A stretch of DNA of 32,916 nt from assembly GCA_964392445.1 (NCBI GenBank), contig CAYMPD010000014.1, positions 1 to 32,916 on the forward strand. Reading direction: 5' to 3'. The position numbers were made by a program, and so were the translations under genes. Positions 27,537-32,916 of this stretch are shown here, piece after piece; position 1 is the stretch's first letter, and every line of letters begins with the position of its first letter. The notes below the pieces were generated by a model. The model searched no databases, was not told the DNA's origin, and worked only from the letters and a program-made list of their open reading frames with translations. The DNA comes from an uncultured archaeon. GTDB taxonomy: Archaea > Aenigmatarchaeota > Aenigmatarchaeia > CG10238-14.

Positions 27537-28297
27537 TCCAAAAACTTTACATTAGATTTTATTTCTTTCAACACTTTATCCATATTAGGTATTCTATTTA
27601 CAAGCCTTGATAATTCACGTTCCCAATAAGGTCTTAGTATCTCATCTAGACCTTCTGGGAAGAACTGATCTGTACTCTTGAAATCTAAGGTTTTTATTTT
27701 ACATTTCTTCAGAAAAAATTTTTCGGTTTTTTTCTTATCTGCATCTAGAGATAAAATCCTCCAAACATCATAATAATCTCGAGTTTTAGTTCTTTCTAGA
27801 ATAGATCTCAATTTTTCCGCGAATATTTCCTCGATAGACATTACTTTTACGGAAAAAGACGGATAATCAGAATAAGTCTTGAGTATCTTTTTTTGTTGGG
27901 TTTCAAATACATTTTCTGTTGTAATATCGACTTTGGCCCAATTCTTTCCAAGTAAGGCATTATATTGTATTTTCAACTGGAGATATTCTGGATTCTTATA
28001 TTTGCTTTTTAACTCAAACCATATGCCACTTTTTTCCTCAATAATATCTAATATTTCACCGATTTTTATCTGTTCGAGATTCCCTTTCGGTAAAGAAAAA
28101 TCCAGATCTTCGGATAATCTCCAAATCTGGGGGAAATATACTTTTGACAACGCAGTTCCGCCTTTGAATATCAAATCTGTCTCAGAAAAACCAAATAGTA
28201 ACCACCCTAAGACATAATCCTTCTCCACCATACCAAGATTTAACTGTCTTTTTCTTGCTTTCTCCAATAGTTCTCTTTTATCAATCAACACATCCAA
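27533..28297 (-). CDS. abiEii: AbiEii-family nucleotidyltransferase (type IV TA toxin)
   Basis: EKDYVLGWLL, FKGGTALSK...RLSEDLDF, AEKLRSILER.KTRDYYDVW. Confidence 0.88.
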   Translation of the reverse strand: MDVLIDKRELLEKARKRQLNLGMVEKDYVLGWLLFGFSETDLIFKGGTALSKVYFPQIWRLSEDLDFSLPKGNLEQIKIGEILDIIEEKSGIWFELKSKYKNPEYLQLKIQYNALLGKNWAKVDITTENVFETQQKKILKTYSDYPSFSVKVMSIEEIFAEKLRSILERTKTRDYYDVWRILSLDADKKKTEKFFLKKCKIKTLDFKSTDQFFPEGLDEILRPYWERELSRLVNRIPNMDKVLKEIKSNVKFLD

Positions 28298-29088
28298 CTC
28301 TCAGGACTAATTTTTTTGTTTATCAGCAATAACCAATCTTTGTCATATTCTCCCTTCTTTGGGGACAACGTATCCAATAAATTATAACCTTTTGAAAGTT
28401 CAGTTTTATCCAATTCATAATCTAGACCAAAAGTTTCCAGTATATAACCAAATCTCTTAAGAGCGGCAGAATTACTCATCTTTAATAAATAATCCTCAAT
28501 TTTACTGAGTTTGAGTTCTTTATGATTGAAAAATATAGCCTTTGCGACCTCATCTATCCCACCAGCATGCTCTGGATGATCTAAGCAATCTGCAATCGTT
28601 TTTTCTTTATCCGATATTTTAACTTTTCTTCCTTCCACTTCGATTTCCTCATAACCAAAAAATTTCTTATCTATCAATTTAACAAAATAGAATTTAGAAT
28701 TGAGTATATCTAAGGGTTTTTTGACCTTTTTTGTTGCAATAAAGACCGTATTGGGTATTTCATCAGTCAGTCCATGATAATTCAGTGCTGACCAATAACC
28801 AATATAATAAGGTTCTACTAAATGAGAAGCTATTCGGAAATCATGAATGATGAATGCGCCAGCTCCTCTTGGACCTATATCCATAGGAACTAATGCATAA
28901 AGCCCTCTTTTTAGGGGTAATATCCAGCCTTTTTTAGCTAGTTTATGTAGTATCTTATTTGGATTTCCTATTATTTCTTCCGCGTCTTCTGAAGTGAAGA
29001 TATCTTTATCTTTCTTAGCTAAAGATAATAATAGATGTGACTCTTTTTTTCCAATTCCTTTATATTTTCTTGTAGATAATTCCCTCAT
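28285..29088 (-). CDS. abiEi: AbiEi-family antitoxin/transcriptional regulator
   Basis: N-terminal wHTH (LHKLAKKGWI..LKRGLY); YYIGYWSALNYHGLTDEIP; EKTIADCLDHP; overlaps the abiEii start. Confidence 0.85.
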   Translation of the reverse strand: MRELSTRKYKGIGKKESHLLLSLAKKDKDIFTSEDAEEIIGNPNKILHKLAKKGWILPLKRGLYALVPMDIGPRGAGAFIIHDFRIASHLVEPYYIGYWSALNYHGLTDEIPNTVFIATKKVKKPLDILNSKFYFVKLIDKKFFGYEEIEVEGRKVKISDKEKTIADCLDHPEHAGGIDEVAKAIFFNHKELKLSKIEDYLLKMSNSAALKRFGYILETFGLDYELDKTELSKGYNLLDTLSPKKGEYDKDWLLLINKKISPESWMC

Positions 29089-29090
29089 AG

Positions 29091-29102
29091 GTAATTAATT
29101 AC
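29091..29102. promoter_or_regulatory. Perfect palindrome GTAATTAATTAC just upstream of the abiEi ATG (operator candidate), also preserved at 24657-24668
   Basis: Seen directly; AbiEi proteins are known to autoregulate via promoter inverted repeats. Confidence 0.5.
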
Positions 29103-29127
29103 AATTTATTATATTTATTTGTTTCGG

Positions 29128-29238
29128 TTAATTCTTGAAATCTCATATTTTTTGTAGAAACAGATGGTAATGAAAGATTTGAGGTCAACTACTTTCAATG
29201 TGTTTCTAATGTTGTTAGTGATAACTGTGTTTGGATAA
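29128..29238 (+). repeat. Repeat copy 3: promoter plus 24-aa mini-ORF (29164-29238, MVMKDLRSTTFNVFLMLLVITVFG)
   Basis: 18/24 aa identical to copy 1; 14 of the first 21 aa identical to the 30794 protein. Confidence 0.85.
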
Positions 29239-29322
29239 TATAATTTTTTGCTATTCACCTATCCTTCGGCTTTAATGATTCAATAATTTCTTCTCTCTCG
29301 GATTTCTAGGTCTACTATGATA

Positions 29323-30693
29323 TCATTGCGACATAAAATTCTTTTTCAAATTATCCAGGTCATATAAAAGCAAGTCTTTCCTTCTAAGTTCTTTCAAATC
29401 CTTCTTAAAACCTGATTTACTAAACAAGGCGTACTGTTCCTTTCTTTTTTCTTTTCCCCATCTGACGTATTTAGACTTCTTTTCCAGATCTTGAAGAACT
29501 TCTAAACCAACTGGATTTTTACTCCACTTGCACTCCCCAAACAGTATTTTGTTCTCTTGTTCATTCAAACCCAAAATGTCAATTTCCTTGTCCTTGTACC
29601 ACCATCTTCCTACTTCAGCATAATTAGTTCCAAGCAAGAACTCTCGGCATACTTTCTCAAAAATAAAACTTAAGTAAGCGTCAAATTCTTTCTTGAATTT
29701 CCTCCAAGAAGGATCAATTTGCCAGTTTTCAATTTCCCCAAAATTTTTTGAAATAAACCTGAACCAAAAATTAAAGAAATTATCCTTCATCCTATAAATT
29801 CCTCTCCTCCTTTTTTTAGTCAAAATCGAAGTTTCCTTTCTCACAAATCCTAGATCTCTTAAAATCGACAGGTAAGAAGAAACATTTTTAGCTTCCATGT
29901 AACTATGGTTTGCTATTTCTGTGATTTTTGTATATCCTAATGATATTGATTCTAATATTTCAAAATATGTTCTTGGCTCTCTTAATTCCTCTTCCAGAAG
30001 GAGTTTCGGTTCCCTAAACAAAAATGCACTGGGGTTGAAAATATTTTCCTTTATTTCTTTTTCAAGGTTTTTACCTTCAAAGAATTCAAGATATTTAGGT
30101 ATTCCATCACAAATTCCATAAATCTTTATTATTTCTTCTATATTCGAGTCTTTATACCATTCTAATAGATGTCTAAATTTTAGTGGTTGCAACATTATCT
30201 GTCCTGTTGTTCTTCCATAAAGTGGAGACTTATGACCTAGAATCTCCCTCTCCATCATGGAAACAGCAGAACCCGAAAGTATCAACATAATGTCTTTGTT
30301 TTGTAGATTCTCATCTATAATCGACTGAAATTCAGCAAGTATATCTTCGTTATTCTTTATCAAATAAGAGAACTCGTCTATTGAAACTATTGTTTTTTTT
30401 CGCTTTTTTTTTGAAATGAAATTAAAGCAATCTTTGAATGATTTAAAGTTGGGAGAAGGTATATCAAAGTGTTCTGCTATTTTTTCATTGAATTTTTCTA
30501 AGTTATATTCCCATTTTCTATTCTCACAAAGTAAAAATATCTTATTTTTATTTTTCAAAAATTCTTGAAGTAATCTAGTCTTCCCTACTCTTCTTCTTCC
30601 ACTCAAAATAAGAAACTCAAAGCCTTCCTTTTCATGGAAGTTCTCTAAAGATCTTAACTCTTTTTTTCTATTTACGAATTTTTTTCGAATCAT
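29323..30693 (-). CDS. Archaeal ATPase (ATPase_2) with wHTH and DUF234 PD-(D/E)xK-like C-terminal domain
   Basis: FVNRKKEL, GRRRVGKT, IDEFSYL, LSGS, SPLYGR, DNFFNFWFRF, GRWW..KEIDI...FGECKW. Confidence 0.88.
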   Translation of the reverse strand: MIRKKFVNRKKELRSLENFHEKEGFEFLILSGRRRVGKTRLLQEFLKNKNKIFLLCENRKWEYNLEKFNEKIAEHFDIPSPNFKSFKDCFNFISKKKRKKTIVSIDEFSYLIKNNEDILAEFQSIIDENLQNKDIMLILSGSAVSMMEREILGHKSPLYGRTTGQIMLQPLKFRHLLEWYKDSNIEEIIKIYGICDGIPKYLEFFEGKNLEKEIKENIFNPSAFLFREPKLLLEEELREPRTYFEILESISLGYTKITEIANHSYMEAKNVSSYLSILRDLGFVRKETSILTKKRRRGIYRMKDNFFNFWFRFISKNFGEIENWQIDPSWRKFKKEFDAYLSFIFEKVCREFLLGTNYAEVGRWWYKDKEIDILGLNEQENKILFGECKWSKNPVGLEVLQDLEKKSKYVRWGKEKRKEQYALFSKSGFKKDLKELRRKDLLLYDLDNLKKNFMSQ

Positions 30694-30793
30694 AATTATA
30701 TAATCATAATTCGAATTTAAATATTTAACTCACACTATCAAAAGACAATCAACATTTAATTTCTTAAAGGGTAATAATAGACCGCAGAAGTAT

Positions 30794-31549
30794 ATGGGAA
30801 TAAAAGAGTTTAGGTCAACCATCATTAATGTATTCCTGATGTTGTTAGTAATGACTGGCTTCTTCTATTTTTACCATTTTTTTAATCCCTTTGATTTTCC
30901 TGGGCTTTGGCAAAGATTGTTGTTTTTTAATATTGTTTTTGGGGCTTTGAGTTTTTTTCTTTATTTTGAGGAGATTTCGACTCTGTTTCGGGTTTTTAGA
31001 ATGATTGAAATGGATAATCCGTGGGGAAAAATAAGGAGTTTTTTTGCTAGAATTGGTAAAAATAAAAACAAGAAACCTTGGAAAAGAAAAATCAAATACA
31101 GGTATGATTATCAGAAATCAAAAGTTGTGAAGAAGGGTCCTAAATTCTCTAAAGTAAATTTAAGAAAAATTGGTGGTTTTTTTTCGGGAATTAGAGATTT
31201 TTTTCGGGAATTAAGTGGTTTATCCCTAAAAGGTAAATTTAAACTGGTATTTTTCTTTTCGGGGATTATTGGTTATAGTGTTTTTCTTTATTGGATTTAT
31301 CCTAAATTTAGTTTTGATGAGTTCATGTTCTTTGTTCTTCTGTTATATGTTCCTATTTCCTTAATTTTCAAACTGGATCCCAGATATCCGATTGGGGTGG
31401 CCTTAGGGTTGTTGGTGATATGTGCTATAGTTCTTGCTCAGGGTTTTGAGGACTATGCTAATAGAGTTGCTATTTATGCGTATTATGGACTGGTTATTGG
31501 TGTTGGGTTAATGTTTGTTGATTATTTGAAGAATCCTAATGAGGATTGA
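30794..31549 (+). CDS. Multi-pass membrane protein (2 N-terminal TM, Lys-rich loop, ~4 C-terminal TM); intact member of the repeated 5'-end family
   Basis: Hydrophobic segments; C-terminal DPRYPIGVALGLL...ANRVAIYAYYGLVIGV; CTTAAAG box 24 nt upstream of the ATG. Confidence 0.8.
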   Translation: MGIKEFRSTIINVFLMLLVMTGFFYFYHFFNPFDFPGLWQRLLFFNIVFGALSFFLYFEEISTLFRVFRMIEMDNPWGKIRSFFARIGKNKNKKPWKRKIKYRYDYQKSKVVKKGPKFSKVNLRKIGGFFSGIRDFFRELSGLSLKGKFKLVFFFSGIIGYSVFLYWIYPKFSFDEFMFFVLLLYVPISLIFKLDPRYPIGVALGLLVICAIVLAQGFEDYANRVAIYAYYGLVIGVGLMFVDYLKNPNED

Positions 31550-31640
31550 ATCGAAGGAAAATTAAGGGGATGAGAATTAGTTTTGTAGACTTACAGTAAC
31601 ATTTATTATTCAAAAGGATAATAATTATTATTGTGATAAG

Positions 31641-32153
31641 ATGAAATTGGATGAAATAAATATAAAATTACCCAGGAAGAGTAAATCATTGGAGAATATT
31701 CTTAAAAGTTGTAAGGAAAGAAAGAAATTTGTAAAGGATCCCCCAGAAAATTACAAAAAAAGGTTAAAAAAATCAAAACATGATTTAGCGCGGGCAAAAG
31801 ATGAGTTTAAGGAAAAATGTTGGGATTGGACAATAATAAAAACATATTATGCTATTTTTCATGCCGGAAATACGCTTCTGTCAAAAAGGAAGGGTTTATT
31901 TTCAAAAGATCATTCCTGTCTTATAGTAGCATTAAAAAATTGGGATTTAATAGATGAAGAACTTTTCAAAGAGTTAAGAAATATATACGAAAACTTTTCT
32001 GATACTGTGAGTATGGATTTGACTTTCCAATTAAAGAAAATCAGTCAGTATAATGTTGAATTATGGGAAGAACTTACCAAAGAGGATGCTGAGACTGTAT
32101 TGAAAATAGCTGAGAAACTCGTGAATTATGTGGAAGGTGAAGTATATGATTGA
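31641..32153 (+). CDS. HEPN domain protein
   Basis: DWTIIKTYYAIFHAGNTLL...SKDH; LKKISQY. Confidence 0.82.
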   Translation: MKLDEINIKLPRKSKSLENILKSCKERKKFVKDPPENYKKRLKKSKHDLARAKDEFKEKCWDWTIIKTYYAIFHAGNTLLSKRKGLFSKDHSCLIVALKNWDLIDEELFKELRNIYENFSDTVSMDLTFQLKKISQYNVELWEELTKEDAETVLKIAEKLVNYVEGEVYD

Positions 32154-32790
32154 AGAAATATTGCCTTCAAGTAAATCTAGAATAAAACTAGTGGAAACTA
32201 TTTTTAAGATTCCTGGAATTAACATAAACGGATTAATTAAGAAAACGGGGTCTTCCCCAAATTTTGTGATTGATTATGTTAATAAACTTGTTGAAAAGGG
32301 TGTTTTAAAAGAAAAAAGAATAGGTGGAGAAGAAAAATCCCACATAAGGTTATCATATCCAAATTTAAATTCAGATAATGGTTTGATTGTTTTTTCCTTT
32401 GTTGAGAAAAAGAAGAGAGAAGAGTTTATTAATAAATACGAAGAATTTGGTCCTATTGTAAAACAAATAGCAGATCTGTATAAAGATTTTGACATCGATT
32501 TTATACTGGTTTATGGTAGTTTTGCAAGATTTTCGGCTGATGAATCTAGTGATGTTGATATTTTAATTGTAAGTGAGGAATTAACAAAAGATAAGGGTAG
32601 GAGATTTGGAGAAGTTTTTGTATCCTTAGGGAGGGAATATTCCATAAAAATAGAATCAATCGAAAAATTCATTAAAAATTTGGATGGAGCATTACACCAG
32701 AATATTATAGAAGATCATGTTATTTTAAAAGGGGAGAGGAAATTTCTTGAAACTCTCGCAAAGTCCGATTTTTTCATAGAGAAATTTTAA
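32146..32790 (+). CDS. wHTH plus minimal nucleotidyltransferase (MNT)
   Basis: ATG 32146 with GGTGA RBS and ATGATTGA overlap (track uses 32128); LVYGSFAR...SDVDILIV. Confidence 0.85.
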   Translation: MIEEILPSSKSRIKLVETIFKIPGININGLIKKTGSSPNFVIDYVNKLVEKGVLKEKRIGGEEKSHIRLSYPNLNSDNGLIVFSFVEKKKREEFINKYEEFGPIVKQIADLYKDFDIDFILVYGSFARFSADESSDVDILIVSEELTKDKGRRFGEVFVSLGREYSIKIESIEKFIKNLDGALHQNIIEDHVILKGERKFLETLAKSDFFIEKF

Positions 32791-32800
32791 CCCCAACCAA

Positions 32801-32870
32801 CTTTTTTCTGAAGAAGGTTTACACTTTATCAGTATTTATTACTTTTTATTTTTATTTATTTACTAAAGTT
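32801..32870 (+). terminator. T-rich tracts after the HEPN-MNT operon, possible archaeal terminator
   Basis: CTTTTTTC at 32801-32808 and further T-runs. Confidence 0.3.
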
Positions 32871-32916
32871 TTGCGTTTTTAACGTTAATTATTTGTTTTA
32901 GGAATAAGAATACTAT

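Noticed and set aside
29245-29320. Minus-strand fragment KSEREEIIESLKPKDR* followed by GGTGA, a possible gene remnant
   Set aside because: Too short and interrupted by a stop; cannot be supported without a search.
26046-30860. Repeat family as DGR template/variable regions
   Set aside because: Mismatches are not adenine-specific, and there is no reverse transcriptase in the window.
31618-31631. Palindrome ATAATAATTATTAT upstream of the second HEPN
   Set aside because: Pure A/T palindrome; it could be an operator, but chance cannot be excluded.
1-32916. tRNA, rRNA, transposase or integrase genes
   Set aside because: No GC-rich structured RNA-like segment or recombinase motifs were seen, and the intergenic gaps are short and AT-rich.

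Overview
AT-rich archaeal chromosomal window. Leaderless TATA promoters, GGTGA/GAGG ribosome-binding sites, TTG/GTG starts, PGF-pre-PGF proteins and DUF1512 suggest a DPANN-type lineage (inference). It has three zones. (1) 1-19.3 kb, cell surface: an ORF missing from the track that runs off the left edge (Thr-rich, dockerin-like), DUF1512, a membrane-anchored hypothetical, a 1930-aa PA14-PA14-gingipain(C25)-CARDB-Ig-dockerin-like protease, a 2229-aa Cys/Trp-repeat PGF-pre-PGF protein and a ~1230-aa S-layer-like PGF-pre-PGF protein. (2) 19.4-23.2 kb: MinD-like ATPase, an RHH-nucleotidyltransferase fusion, and a coupled operon of RHH, alkaline-phosphatase-family and PAPS-reductase-family genes, in which two products share a C-terminal RLRxLGY tail. 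(3) 23.2-32.8 kb: a defence/TA cluster interleaved with a flippase and a membrane protein (two ATPase-PD-(D/E)xK fusions, two HEPN-MNT pairs, AbiEi/AbiEii). The strongest unexplained structure is in zone 3. Three minus-strand cassettes of ~1.4-1.7 kb are each delimited by a diverged direct copy of the promoter and first 9-24 codons of the membrane-protein gene at 30794. A near-identical 63-bp copy of the abiEi promoter and 5' end also sits 4434 bp upstream of abiEi. This looks like a cassette array anchored on a gene 5' end. No integrase, rRNA, tRNA or CRISPR array was seen. All domain calls come from motif recognition by eye, not database searches.
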